A stretch of 64,000 nucleotides of DNA from Callorhinchus milii (Eukaryota), in contig NW_024704742.1 in the NCBI RefSeq assembly GCF_018977255.1, forward strand, positions 53,756,001 through 53,820,000, in the 5' to 3' direction. The notes beneath the pieces are model-generated. The model was not told where the DNA came from, searched no databases, and saw nothing but the letters and a program-made list of their open reading frames with translations. Below are positions 1-13,609 of this stretch, in pieces; the stretch's first letter is position 1, and the number at the start of each line of letters is the position of its first letter. Position numbers and translations under genes: made by a program.

Positions 1-1285
1 ACTTGGAAATTGTACTCCCTATACCCAAGTCCAGGTCATTTATAGTGATCAAAAAGAGCAGTGTTCTCAATACCAATCCCTGCATACTTCTCTCCAGTCA
101 GAAAAACAACTGATCACCACTACTCTCTGCTTTCTGTCTCCAAGTTTATTCTGTATCCATGTTGCCACTTTCCCATTAATACCATGGGCTTCTATTTTGC
201 TTACAAGTCTCTTATGTGGCACTTATCAAACACCTTTTGAAAATCCACATAAACTGCATCAACTGCACTACCTTCATCCATCCTCTCCATTACTTCATCA
301 AAAACTCTGTCAGGTTTGTTAGATATGATTTGCCTTTAACAAATCCGTGTTGGCTGTCCTTTATTAACCCATATTTTTCTAAGTGAAAAGTTATTTTGTC
401 CCCGATTATAGTCTCTAGAAGTTTCCCCACTACTGACGTTTGGTTGACTGGCCTGCAGTTCCCAGGTTTTTCCTTCTGCCCCTTTTTGTACAAGAGAATA
501 ACATTTGCAACCCTTCAGTCCTTGGGCACCAACCAAGGAGGATTGAAAGATTGTGGCCAGAGCCTCTGCTATTTCCACCTTTACTTCCCTCAGTAACCTA
601 GGATGCATCCCATCTGGACCGGGTGACCTATTTACCTTGAGCACCGTCAACCTTTTTGGTACCTCCTCTCAGTTTATTCTTATCTTACCCAATTTCTCTA
701 CCCTCTCCTCTGATACTATGGCATTGGCTGCATCCTCTTCTTTTGTGAAGACAGATGCAATACGTCAGCCATGCTCTCTGCCTCCACAAGAAGATTTCCT
801 CTTTGGTTCCTAATTGGACCCACCCTACCTTTAACTAACATTTTATTCTTTATATGCTGATAAAATACCTTAGAGTTCTCTTTTATGTTACCTGTTAATC
901 TTTTCTCACACAATCTTTTTGCCCCTCTTATTTCCTTATTTCCTTTTTCAGTTCTCCTTTGTACTTTGCATATTCTATTTGATTATCTTCTGTATTTTGG
1001 ACCTAACATTTATCATGAGTCTCCTTTTTCTGTTTTATTTTAATCCCAATTTCCTTAGTCATCTAGGGAGGTTTGCATGCCCTACGTTTCCCCTTTGTGG
1101 GAATGTATTTGTTCTGTCCCCGAACTATCTCTTCCTTGAAAGCTTCCCATTGCTTCTTAACTGTTTTACCTGCCTATTTTCCCTTCCAGTCCAACTTGGC
1201 TAGGTCCATTTTTAACTCACTGAAATTAGCCCTCTTCTCGTAGAGTATCTTCACCTTTGATTGTTCCTTGTCCCTTTGCACATCT
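1..1285 (-). mobile_element. CR1-clade LINE ORF2 fragment (tether and N-terminal RT), frameshifted; runs off the window start
   Basis: Minus-strand ORFs read SPGPDGMHPRLLREV, KPGNCRPVNQTSVVGKLLETII and QHGFVKGKSYLTNLTEF. They are collinear with the CR1 at 57300-58450. Confidence 0.93.
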
Positions 1286-1569
1286 TATAAAAGATGTTTT
1301 ATAAGGGTATAAAATGGTGAATGCGCAAACTGTGTTTTGTTTTTGGTTCATATTTTGCTTAGAAAAGACACAAAACATCCCACAAAAACGTAGAAGCAGA
1401 GCCCAAGACTTTTTACTGACTTTTTGTAACTTTTTGGAATTTGAAAGGCAGTTTCACTTTTGATCACAAACTGATGAATCGCAAACATAAGCTGCATATA
1501 ATACAACCAATCTAATAATAATATCAAATGCAATAATCCTTGCATTTGATATAACTCCTTATCACTTCA

Positions 1570-2130
1570 TTGTTGTTTTCCCCATATCCCTTGATACTCT
1601 TACCTAACAAATACCTATCAATTTTGGTCTTGAAAATTCCATAGCTTCTTGGGAGAAAGAATTCAAGATATCTACAACCATATCTGTGAACAAAATGTTT
1701 CCTGGTTACACCCCTAATGTAGCTCTAATTTGACCCCATTTTCTAGATTCTCACAACTGAGTTCATGAAACCTATCCCATAATTTAACTCTTTTAGCTCT
1801 GGTATCATTTTGGTGAATCTGTGCAACACCCCCTTCAAGGCCAATATATCTTTCCTGATATGCGGTACCCAAAACTGAATGCTGTACTCGAGATAGGGAA
1901 TGACTGAGGCTTTGTATAACTAAAGCATCAGTTCCTTGCTTTTTTATTCTAATCCCCTTGAGATAAAAGCAATTAGCTTTTTTGATTGCTTTTTGTACCT
2001 GTGCGCTAGCTTTTAGTGATTGGTGTACTTAGACACCTAAATCCATTTGCTCCTCCATAGCTCCTAGTCTTTCACCATTAAGAAAGTATTCTGATTTGTC
2101 TTTCTTGGATCCAAAATGGATGACCTCCTT
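1570..2130 (-). mobile_element. Old CR1 LINE 3' ORF2 fragment
   Basis: cccaaaactgaatgctgtactc and ggtatcattttggtgaatctgtgc resemble the CR1 C-terminal segments at 53870-53950 and 56700-56780. Confidence 0.75.
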
Positions 2131-2264
2131 ACCGACACTCCACATCCTTCACTCCCTTTATCAATTACTTTCCTTCAGCCACTCTGACCCTCATCCCCTG
2201 CTGTCTGAACCTGTCGACAAGAGGGTTTCACACAGATGCTAACATGCTTTAGATAATTATTTGG

Positions 2265-2398
2265 GGAAGACAAGTTTGCACGGCTATGGGGAGAGAGTGG
2301 GGTTGATTTGGATAGCTCTTTTCAAAGAGCCAGCAGAGACACGATGGGTCAAATGGCGAATGGCCTCCTTCTGTGTTGTATAATTCTATGATTCTATG
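2265..2398 (+). mobile_element. CR1 3' UTR/tail fragment
   Basis: ggcctccttctgtgttgtataattctatgattctatg ends in the octameric (ATTCTATG)n CR1 tail. Related short plus-strand tails occur near 2890-3025, 18720-18990, 24590-24815, 28140-28445 and 35500-35760. Confidence 0.75.
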
Positions 2399-3729
2399 CT
2401 TAAGAAAGAGAAAGAACTTTGTTATTTTAATGAGACCTTATCACATCAAAATACCCTAAAGTGCCTTACATATTATTGCTGTCAAGTGTATAGCTGTCAA
2501 GTATTGAGGCAGCAAGGTCTCACAAATACCAATGAGTGTACAATTAATCTGGAGAACAGGACTCCAGGAGAAACTTCTTTAGTTCTTTACCCAGTGCATT
2601 ATTAACAAATGGAACAGGTCACCCAAGAAAGAGTGGTTACGGCCAGTACTCTGGATTCAGCTTGATGCTTTGATGGGAGACTAGTAAAGTGAGTATTCTG
2701 GAAGGATGAGTCAAATTAGCCAAAGGGTATTTTTCATCTAAGCTTCTCTTGTGAACCTTACAAATAGTGCCATTGCTTATTTCTATCTACAGGACACAGT
2801 GATGCAATTCCAAATCATATTTATTTATACTTATATTTTTATTTATATGAAACCACTCTTTCAATTTCTGTTATTTGTTTTAAAACATTCTAAACAGTTA
2901 CGGAGCTATAGGCATATGGGGAAAGGGAAGGTAAATGGGACTGAAAGGATTGGTCTCAAAAGAGCCAGCACAGACACAATCGGCTGAATGACCTTCTTCT
3001 GTGCTGTAGGTTTCTATAGTTCTATGGATCTAAGCAAATTCAAATCAGAATTTCAAGTGGTCATTATTGTAAATGTTCATAGTTAAATCTGAGTGCTGAA
3101 TCTCAGGATTATGGTAACACTATTAGACAATATTAAATCAAGTCCACATTTCATGCGAAAGTGCTGTATATGCTGAAATCAATGGGGTTATAAATATAGC
3201 ATTCACAAGCTGTATGTTGTTGTGTTCCTTACGCCCTTTGGTTTGCGCCTTTACTTTTGCAATTTAATACCAAATTTGCTTTGAAAAATTGCAACTAACA
3301 GTTTGTAATTGTGGCTGGCGTTTGCTTTCTTGCTTGAGAAAAGGCCCTGAAAAATTCCACAAAATGCTAGACACAAAACAGCCATTACTCACCTTTGAGT
3401 GCTATTAGCAAACCATTGGGATCAAATCTAGCAGCAACTTGTGCAATTTTAGGCGCAAGATGGAAATCTCACTTAACACAACAGCCTCCAGTTTGTGAAT
3501 TCACATTTTCAACTCCATTGTTAAGATATATTTTTCTTGTTAAATAATCTCCATGAACCTTAACCATTGTCATTGTGCTCTGATTCACAAGGCATTCAGG
3601 ACAATTCTTCTGGATAAGAGTTACAGCTGATGCAGCAGAGTGCTGCTTGCTTGTGCTTTGTTATAATAACAAGCTCGAGTGAAGTGAACATGAGCCTTTG
3701 CCTGGGATGTTAAGATGTTAGAGTGTGTT

Positions 3730-3895
3730 AAGTGCCTTGGGACGTCCTCCCGACGTGAAAGGCGCTCTATAAATGGAATCTTGTTGTTGTTGTTGTAAGT
3801 GAAATCCCCATAGCAAGCTCAGGAAATGCAATAACAACAACAACAATTTGGATTTATATAGCGCCCTCCACGCTGGACGGATCTCAGAGCACTTA
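3730..3895. mobile_element. Two L2 3' tail remnants arranged tail-to-tail (+ 3730-3797, - 3830-3895)
   Basis: gccttgggacgtcctcccgacgtgaaaggcgctctataaatgg...(TTG)n is followed by a reverse (CAA)n tail with atttatatagcgcc. Confidence 0.75.
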
Positions 3896-3902
3896 AGTAG
3901 GT

Positions 3903-4230
3903 TATGGTTAGAGCACTCGCCTTGCAAGAGAGACGACCTGAGCAGGACAAAACCTTAGGGAAGTTTCCTTACTCCACACATCTCTGTTGACCTAGCAGTA
4001 AGTAGGGACCCGGTTGTTAGTCGATTGGTGGATCGCTTTCTGGAGGTCTGTCCAAATTCCATCCAAAAATTAATAATAATTTGGTCACTCAATCCATAGA
4101 TGTTTGTGGGACACTTCTGTGTGCAATTGGCTGCCACGTTTCGCCCACAAAATATACAGTAAATTCGCTTTACAATATTTCAACAGCGTGATAAGGCGTT
4201 ATATCAAATGCAAGGATTATTATTATCATT
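3903..4230 (+). mobile_element. tRNA-derived Deu-domain SINE, long form, head partly deleted
   Basis: Contains tggttagagcactcgccttgcaag, aaaccttagggaagtttccttactccacac and tgtttgtgggacac...caattggctgcc, and ends aaatgcaaggattattatt. Confidence 0.85.
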
Positions 4231-5669
4231 TTCTGTGAAGTGCTTTGACATGTTTCAACAACATGATAAGGTGCTACATCAAATGCATTATTTTATAATT
4301 TCTAGGGCTGAGGGGAAAAAAAATCAATGGTCACAATGATCAAGCAAGAATAACTGGCTCACACGTCAATATCTAGCAAGCCAGCCTGGTGGGGAAAAGT
4401 TAGCAATTCAAGATTTATGTGGAAGATTAAAGCCAGTTTAAGAAAATAGATTTGGCAAGATTTATTCTGACTATTGGTGCCATGACAGGCACCAAAGGCA
4501 AATATTCTGCAGTGTATCACCAAAAAACTATTTGGCACTTCAAAGTGGAGTTCAGTGCCAGTAGATAAATATTTAAGTTTTGACTTAGATATGCTTCCAG
4601 CAGGTTTTTGTACCACATCCACTTGATCTTGCTGGAGTGCTGGAGAGGAATAATGATGTAGAGCACTGTCATTTATCCATTTCTTCCTATACCTCCCACC
4701 CACCTCTCCCTCAACCAATTATATAGCCACCAGAGACACAACAAAATACATGCATATAAATTTACACAAAGGTGATTAGAACTCACAGCTCATCAGGAGC
4801 AAACATTTATACTTTTAATATTATTATTAATAATCTTTGAATTTGTTATAGTGCATCATTACGTCATTGAGACAACTCAAAGCACTTAACTAGATGTATT
4901 GTAAGGTGTGTGACTCTGTGTATTTTTTGGCCAGGCAAAACCCTGACATAGAATTACACAGCCATAGAAACGTACACACAGAAGAAGGCAATTTGATCCA
5001 TCGTGCATGTTGGCTCTTAGAAAGAGCAATCCATTCAGTCTCATTAGCCTGTGTTTTCCTTTTAGTGTACCGGCAACATCAATAGTATTGTGTTACAGGT
5101 CAGCCATGATCTCAGTTGGAATTCAGTTCTCACACAGCATTTGGGGTGGAAGCAAACAGCAAGCTGTAAAAAACTTGCAAAAAAATCATAGATGTCAAAA
5201 TTGTCATGATGCTATGACAGACCCCATATGTTCATACTTATCTTTAATTGGTTTCACTATTCAACAGAATGCAGAAAAGTCTGTACCTAGCAGAATAATC
5301 AAAGACTTAGGGAAAACGTTTTCTTCCTATGAAGTGACAAGTAGGTTGTCAGAAATCAACGCATCAATAAATCATTATTGCCAGAAGAAAACGCTAACAA
5401 TGGAGGTGGGGTGAGGGGTGTGGGGGAGGAAACAGGTTCAAAATGTCCTCACCGAAACTATGAAACCCACAAAATATCCACAGTCACACTTTATAGTATA
5501 TTCTGTGAAGCAATTTAAGACATTTTGATGTGATGAGGCACTATATCAAATGCAAGGTTATTATATTATTACTAATAATAACGGAAAATTGCTGTGTTTC
5601 TTTACAGATACTGTTACCCAGCATTTAAATGGTTTACCTAATTCGTATAATATAGCCAAGGATAAAAAA

Positions 5670-6080
5670 TAATTATTCCATTCAATATAGCTCCCTTTGC
5701 ATCAGCAGAACATCTCAAAATACATTCAAAGGACCCACTGTAAAGTGTAGTGAATGTGCAATTTGTAAGTGAATGTGGCAACCAATTTGCGTATAGCAAT
5801 GACCCACAAAACACACATGAAGTTAATGATCATTTTTATTTGGAGAATTGTTGGCCAGGACACTGGGTGAAACTTTCTTCTTTTTTCGAATGGTGCCAGG
5901 GTGCCTTTAACATATACCTGAGCAAGCAAAGTTGATTTAGTATCTCATCCTAAGGATGGCAACACCAACAATGCAGATAACCCCCAATGCTGAATTGTAG
6001 TGTCAGTCTAGACTAATACGACTTCAAAGTGCTGATATGGGGTTTGAATTCATCACTCAGAGTTGAAAGTGCTGCCAACT
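5670..6080 (-). mobile_element. Old SacSINE1-like Deu-domain SINE
   Basis: Reverse complement matches the family at 20951 and 45019 (cactcagagttgaaagtgctgccaactg; gtgtcagtctaga; ttggccaggacac). Confidence 0.7.
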
Positions 6081-7249
6081 GTTGTGCAGCTGCAGAGGTT
6101 GGCGAGCGGGTATAACATGTTGATTTGTGAGTCCTTGTATGTCTGTGTATGACATGTTGCCTTATGAGAACTTTGCACTAACTAGCTGATATTGGCTTGG
6201 AGCAGTGTTCTAGTAAATTAGTGCAACGTGTACATAAGGAGTTCTCTGCACAAAACTCACTTTACATCCCGAAGCAGCAATTTTACCAGACGAAGGAATT
6301 TCCGCCACTTAAGCATCCATAAAATGCAAAAGTATTCAATTTGTCAGCTTAAACACTCCTCACTTAGTGCATGTAAATCAATCCAGAAAAAATACAAGAA
6401 TTTTTCGAAAGATGGATTTATAAAAATATTAATAATTATTATAATAATAATGCCTGCATTTGATACAGTGCCTTATCACATTGCCAAGATGCCTCAAAGC
6501 AATTCGCAGGAATTAATGTAGTAATGGAAGAAATGTTGTCCCTTTTAAACACATGTCACACATGGCACTGTAAGCCTTTAAGCTTACAGCAAAATATTGA
6601 GCATCGTCAAGTGATGCAATTACACCACTCTAAATGCTTTTCCTTCACTTGCAAATGTGAGTGTGCTTAATTTTGGAGCCTTTGAATGAACAAGGGCGCC
6701 TGGTTAAATTATGGCAAAGTCCTAATTCTCTGAGGTTCAGTATGCTTGAATAAAAGTAATTGCAAGCTGGCAACTGGATGAGTCAGTAAACAGAACCAAA
6801 TTAAGAGGACACTGGAAGCTGAGGAGTTTTGAGGGCAAAGAACCTTTAGCATCTGAAAAAGGGACTTATTGTTCCTCAAGCAGTATGCAGCAGATTATAG
6901 TGGTTCTTCAACAAAATATTCAAAAGAGAGAGCAAGAGAAAGCAAATGAGCCAGCAGCCACTTTCTGTCTTATTCTCTTCAAATAACCCAGGGGATACTA
7001 ACCCTTATCTAATGCCTGCACCCCTTTTAATCTCAATTAAAACCTGACACATCCGTAGGGTACAGTTTGTTCAACAAATGGCTTCATACAGGAAAATACA
7101 TTGATTACCATTTTGAGCACAGATTTTCAACAGATGCTCCCATTCCATTAAAGCAGAGATCAAATGTTAATACTCTAAGAGGTAGCATAAGATTCCAATG
7201 GGAAATGTTCCCTTTNCCAAAAAAATAATTTTTCCCATACATAGATGGT

Positions 7250-8645
7250 AGAGTCCCATAGCACAGTGGTTAGCCCACTCGCCTCGCAAGCAAGGGGACT
7301 TCCTGACAGTGCGAAACCTTAGAAAAGTTTATTTACTCCACACGCCTCAGTTTACGTAGCAGTAAGTAGGAACCCGGTTGCTACTTGATTAGCAGATCAG
7401 TTTCCAAATAAAAATGTGGTCACTCCATCCATGACTCTTTGGGGACACTGCTGTCATGTTTCACCCACAAAAAAATGAATACTCTTTACAATATACTCTG
7501 AGAAGCACTTTGAGAGGCCTCAACCTAACAAACCGTCTTCACTTTATCTCTTCAAATGTTTTTTCCTCCCACCCCCTCCCGGTCATCTGTGGTGTACCCC
7601 AAGGCTCCATCCTTGGCCCCTCCTCTTCTTCATCAATATAGTCCCTCTTGGTAATGTCATCCACAGACACTGGGTAAATTCCACATGTATGCAGATGACA
7701 CACAAATCTACTTCTCCTCCAGCTGTGACTCCAGGTCCACTGATGTTCTTTCAGCTTGTCTACTGGACATCAGGGCCTGGATGAGCAAAACCTTTCTGCA
7801 ACTAAATGTTGATAAATGGAAGCCATTTGCTTTACCTCCCATCTTGTAACCTTCGGCTCTGACCTCCTCAACCTCCCCGGTCTATCCCTCAGACTTACTG
7901 AACCAGTGCACAACCTAGATGTCAGGTTCAACCCACAGTTGTCCTTCCTTCCCCACATCCGGTCCCTGACCAGGACCACCTTCCACCACCTCCACCACAC
8001 TGCCCATCTCCAACCGTACCTTACCCCAGATGCAGCCGAAACACTCATCCATGCATTCATCACGTCCCGACTCGACTTTTCAAATGCTCTCTTTGCTAGT
8101 CTCCACAGCTCCACCATCACAGGATCCAAAACTCTGCTGCGATCATACTCACCCGGACTAAACTCCATACACCCATCACACAAGTTCTAGCCAAGCTTCA
8201 CTGGCTCCTTATTGCTGAACGGATCGATTTCAAAATCCTCACACTTGTTTTAAAATCTCTACAAGCCCTGGCACCTCCCTCCCTCTCTCTCCAATCTGCT
8301 TAACCCACAACCTGCTGCCACCTCTCCACTGGCTCCAGCCTTCTGCATGTCCTTTCCACCATTGACGATCGTGCTTTCAGCCACTACGCACCAAAACTTT
8401 GGAACACTCTTCCTCTATTCCTCTGCCTTGCCCCTTCCTGCCTCATCTTCAGGTCGTGCCTGAAGACCTTCCTCTTCGACCATGCATACAGTCACCTTCC
8501 ACTTCCCCGGGCTCAGCGTCATGCTCCGCCACTGTCAAGCACGCTGGGACACTACCCTGTGTGAGGGGTGCTTTATAAATACAAGTTGTTGTTGTCTTAA
8601 TGACATGATAAAGTGCTACATCAAATGCATGAATTATTATTATTA
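7250..8645 (+). mobile_element. tRNA/Deu SINE (7250-7520, tail resumes 8596-8645) split by an L2 insertion
   Basis: The SINE body stops at gaagcactttgagaggcctcaa. It resumes after the L2 (TTG)n tail as cttaatgacatgataaagtgctacatcaaatgcatgaattattattatt. Confidence 0.75.
7521..8595 (+). mobile_element. L2-clade LINE 3' portion (RT C-terminal half and tail), degenerate
   Basis: Encodes CGVPQGSILGP, tatgcagatgacacacaaatctac (YADDTQIY) and AAETLIHAFITSRLDFSNAL; ends in a (TTG)n tail. Confidence 0.92.
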
Positions 8646-8650
8646 CATTA

Positions 8651-9025
8651 TGGAGTCCTGCAGGTTAGTGGTTACAGCGAGACGACCTGGGTTTGATTCC
8701 CGACAGGGTGAAATGTTGGGCGAGTTTCCATATTTCACACGCCTCTCTGTTTGCCAGCAGTAAGTAGGAACCCGATTGTTGGTCGATTGGCGGATCGCGT
8801 TTTTGAGGGCAATAATCCCTTCAAAAATAAATAAATAAAAATAATAATAATCTGGTCACTCTATTCATGACTGTTTGTGGACATTGTTATGTACAATTGG
8901 CTGCTGTGTTTCACCCACAAAATATACAGTCAATTCACTTTACAGTATATTCTGTGAAGCGCTTTGAGACATCTCAAAGACGTGAAAAGCTCTATATCAA
9001 ATGCAAGATTTATTATTATATTATC
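8651..9025 (+). mobile_element. tRNA/Deu SINE, long form
   Basis: Has a ggagtcctg head, B-box-like gggtttgattcc, gcagtaagtaggaacccg, Deu block and (ATT)n tail. Confidence 0.88.
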
Positions 9026-12000
9026 ATTACATTGCATCTAAGCAACGGTGACAGGGTGACAACAAAGTCAGGGTGAACACTAAAGGGGAAAGGCACACTA
9101 CCATTTGCCATTCAATGTATTATGCCTGGTAATAATTATTGCACTTACACAAAACTATAATATTAACAACACAAATTGCATTTATATAGCACCTCTATTT
9201 CAGGAAGACATCCAAAGGAGCTGGACAGTCAAGAGTTTGCATGAAAACATTTCAAATAGCTTCACGGGTATTTGTTATATGTATTGGCAAAGATAGCGGT
9301 CAATATGTCCACATCAAAGCGCCACAAACAACCATGAACAATCAATTATTATGAAAGTTTGCTCACAAGGAGACTGGGGAGAAACTCCCCTCCCTTGTTC
9401 AACAACGTTGAAATTTTTAACATCCAGCTGAGCAGGAAGATGCCCTGGGCCTCATGGAAAGGATTGATATTGTGAGACAGGTAGTACGTAGTGTGTCAAA
9501 CACTGGCAACACTAGTGTGCATGAAAAGCTATAGTATAGTAAACATTCATCCTTTGTTGCAGATAACATTACTTTGCTTGTAGAGAAATGAAGGTACTGT
9601 GCCATCGTCTGGCATGTTTTACAATTGGAAAGGTTAGGATTTGGGTCAAGATTCCAAAAAGGGAATTGTGCTTTCAGATAAATCATATTAGAAGAAAACC
9701 ACAGAGTGTTTGGGAGAATGGGGCTATGCCTGAGCATAGAAATCCATTATGTAGAATACTCAGTACCAATCATGATGGTCACCATGCATAAATGTCCTAG
9801 ATATCTATTTAAATTTGTATATTCAAAGTCTCAGTACCAAAGAAAACATTATTTATCCATAACTTGGTTTTCCGTCCTCCTACACAAAATATTGGGATGA
9901 ATGATGTAGCTCAGGACTGCCTAGGTTCAATGGTTTAGGTCAAGATATGAATTCAGTTCAGCTAAACCTGTCCGTCTCGATGCCACGCACAGATGTTAAC
10001 TCCTCACTGTGTAACCATCCTCAGCCCACTGTTCAGCTCTGTTGTCATTCAATTGCAAATGGAAACAAAGCAAATCCACAAGAAAGGATAAAAAAAAGTT
10101 GTCACTGCAATGTAAATAGCTTTATTCTCAGGAGCAAATAAATCTCACAAGAGATTTGGTATTTATATGCAGCAAAAGCCCTGGGGTAATTTATCTGAGA
10201 AACCCAAACAACAAAAAAATGTGGGTTTGCTGGATATGTAAACCAGACCAATATCGAGCCACATGCTGACCTGATTTAAATACTACTGTAATAGTGGGTT
10301 TGAAAATGCAGCACTTGAAAATCAAACAACACTGAGCTAATTGGGACTTTGTTTTTGCATATAAAATTAGTATTTTACACAAAATTCAATGCCAAATTTG
10401 CAACAAAAAAATCACAATGTGGATAAAAGCCTTCTTGCAGCTGGTATTTTGTTTTCTAAGCTTCTGAGATCCGTTTAGACCTTTTCTTAGCTCCAAAATG
10501 TTGAAAAACAAAATGTATCTGCAAAATGGCCTTTGGCGTTCCCTTCAGGATTTCAATGGTTTTCTTTTTAGCAAATTTGTTAGTGAATCCCTCAGCATCA
10601 GGCACAAATAGGAAGTCACTGTTTGAGTAGTGACTTCTGGTTTGCAAATACTGCATTTTCAGTATTAATATTGAACGTGCCACAGCAATCTGAAAAGGAG
10701 TGTTCTCAGTCATCCCAAAATGTAGAATAATTGTTCGCGGATTAAAAGGTAAAGAGAAAGTAAGGTTTTCTTTCTCATCTGAGAATGAAAAGATACATGG
10801 ACAAGGTTCACAAAGCAATTTCTTCCAGCTTCACGTTTCATTTTAAAATGATTTGGAAACTTGGAGTATCAGTAATTCAAAGCTTAAGGCTTTCTATTGT
10901 GGAGGTAATTAATTTCATGGTATAATAATCCCAAAATTATGTTTCAAACACATGATAACAAAGTGAACTAGCATCGTGGGGGAAGGAAGAAAAGGCCGAG
11001 TAAAGGTTGCTGTTTTATAGAACATGACATAGGATTCAGACAATCTAAATGTCATTGATCTGCACAATTTTGCTAAAGAGCTTTCACCTCATCTTCCATT
11101 CAGTGCTATAGATTTTGAGAGTAATTCAGTCCAAGTAGATAAATCACTTGCTGTGTATGTGGGCATGCAAGCCTGCAATTCACCTTTCTGAAGAAAACTC
11201 AACACTCTCATCAGTATAAAGCTCTGTTAAATTCCATTGCTCCATTCTGCAAAACCAGAGCTAAATATCCCTTGCTTTGCTAAAATAAAAAAACTCCCTT
11301 TTGTACAATTAACATTTAATATATGAGGTTGACTTGTTTTACATCAAAAAAAACATATATTTTACAAGCTGTCTATATGTTTGGAAAATATAAAGCATGT
11401 ATAAATGGAAGCTTACAATTTCTAACTGTATTTTATTGATGAGCATGGCATTCATTATAAATGATACAGAATAACAGAGCAGTTTATGATATGAGAAATG
11501 TGTTCAAGAAAACACAGGGTTGAATTATATTCCTAAATGCCTTGAGGCTTTACAGGACCAATCCTATTTGGTGACTTAAAGCAGACCTAAAAAAATACTT
11601 TGACATCAGCTTTCTGGGATTCCAGAGGTGTTCAGGACAGAAAATGAATACTGATGATACAGTATGAATGCAGAAACTATTCCATAGCAGAGCTGAAAAA
11701 AATTATAAACCTTTTACAAGCAAACTCATTGAATACAAATGGGATTGAAAAAGCACTCAAAGATAAAACAACAATGTTTGTACTCAGGCATTATTGTGGA
11801 CTTCAAGAGATAGGTGTGGAAGTGGGATTCAATCAGCATTGTCATTTGGGAATATAACATTGATTTTCCAGCACATAATGCAGTTTATGTCATAAGGTAT
11901 TTTTGGTTTACATTTGTTAAAGATCCCATGGCCCAATTGGAGTTTCTTCCAGTGACTTGGCCAATAATTGTCCAAATAAAACTGGTTGCTCATTTCATGG

Positions 12001-13609
12001 CTGTTTGTGGAACAGTGCTGTGTGCAAATTAGCTGCCCCCAAAATACAGTCATTCCATTTTATCGTATATCCTGTGAAATGCCTTGAGATGTCTTCATGA
12101 TATGAAAGGACTATTTCAAATATAAGTATTGCTACATTCAAAGTGAATTTCTGCTTTGGTCCCAGTATACCAACATTATAGTAACATCTATACTAAATAC
12201 TCAACTCAGTCAAGCATAGATGTTACTGTATTAAACAGTGAGGCAAAACACTGAATCCTTTCCCAGCATAGATCAAAATAATTAGTCACATGGTTGTTTG
12301 TCACCACCCTTTCAAGGAGTCAAGTCACAGCTTAAGTTGCCAGGGAAGGCATGGTAAGGGGGCAAGGAACATTCATCAAGCAAGAACATTGGAGGGCAGA
12401 GATCAGATCTGAAGAAGCAGGTCTTGGCAATGCTTCAGATCAAACAGAATTTATTCCACAGTCAGCATTTCCCACATGGTTCAGCGCCAGAAATGGAATT
12501 TGCAGGAGAATCCCCAAGCCACTCGAGTAAGCCTGCACTGTAGTACATTATGGGTAACACTGATTGGCAACACAGAGTGTCCCAAGGGACTTTATGTCAT
12601 TGACATGCTTCTGTGTCTCATTTTTCCCCACTAAACGGCATATTTAAAACTTGCTTAGAATCTGTGCCATGTTCTGTGCTTTACTGCAAGCCCTGCATAT
12701 TTAGCAACCAATATACTGTGGGCTTTAATAAGATATGATTGTATTGCAACAACAATTTGCACTTCTATTGTTCCCAAATGCAATTTAACCAGCTACTGTT
12801 GTTTGCGGGATTTGTTGGTGCAGATTAGCCTTGTTTGCCTATAAAACAACATTCACTTTATTTCTACCCAATTATATTTTGTAAAGTGCTTCAAGGCATT
12901 TAGTTTAATGTGAAAGGCACCATACAAGTTATTATTTTTTAAAAATCTCAAGTCCCTTGACATATGTAATAATTGACCCCAAGCAAGGAAATAAGAGGTT
13001 GAGCAAAGGCACGGTTGGAGATCAATAATTTAAGAAGTTTTTTTAGAGGCAGGCAGCAAAGAAGCACAACAAATTGATTTAACGAAAGTTTCAGAGGACA
13101 ATGGGTGGGGAAGGAGGATGGGTTGGAATCTCAGTTACTGATGATGAAGTGAAGGGTTTGGGGAGGAAGCAAAGGGCTAAAGTCAGACGTCAAGGTACTG
13201 AGTGGAATGTAGGAGTGGGCAAAGTGTGACATGTCAATGGAGGAATTTGAAGACAAGGACATGGATTTTAAACTATCCACTGAGGTATGGAGAGTTTGAC
13301 AAGGATGAGAGAACTGGATGTGAGGAACTTTGTGCAGGATACTTGTGGAAATGTTACTCAATAAAAGTGGAATTTGAACTCCTCCGATGGGCTGGTATGG
13401 CATCATTTGCCACGTATACTAGGAGTTCACAGGTTTAAATCCTGGGCTACTGCCAGTTGTGCACAGCAATGTCCCATTTAAAATGTTATACAGCTCTATG
13501 ATTATTTCCTCGCTCAGTGTCGACTATTACTTCTTAAATTATTGATCTCCAACTTTGCTCAACTTCTTTAAACCTCTTATTTCCTTGCTCAGTGTCGATT
13601 ATTACATGT

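Noticed and set aside
3386..3430. Possible minus-strand micro-exon with donor AG|GTGAGT (similar case at ~52516-52550)
   Set aside because: Good donors but weak acceptors, and the peptides are very short and unrecognisable.
10456..10818. ORF containing DAEGFT, reminiscent of BABAM2 (EYDAEGFTKL)
   Set aside because: Only six residues match, the flanks do not, and no fitting splice sites were seen.
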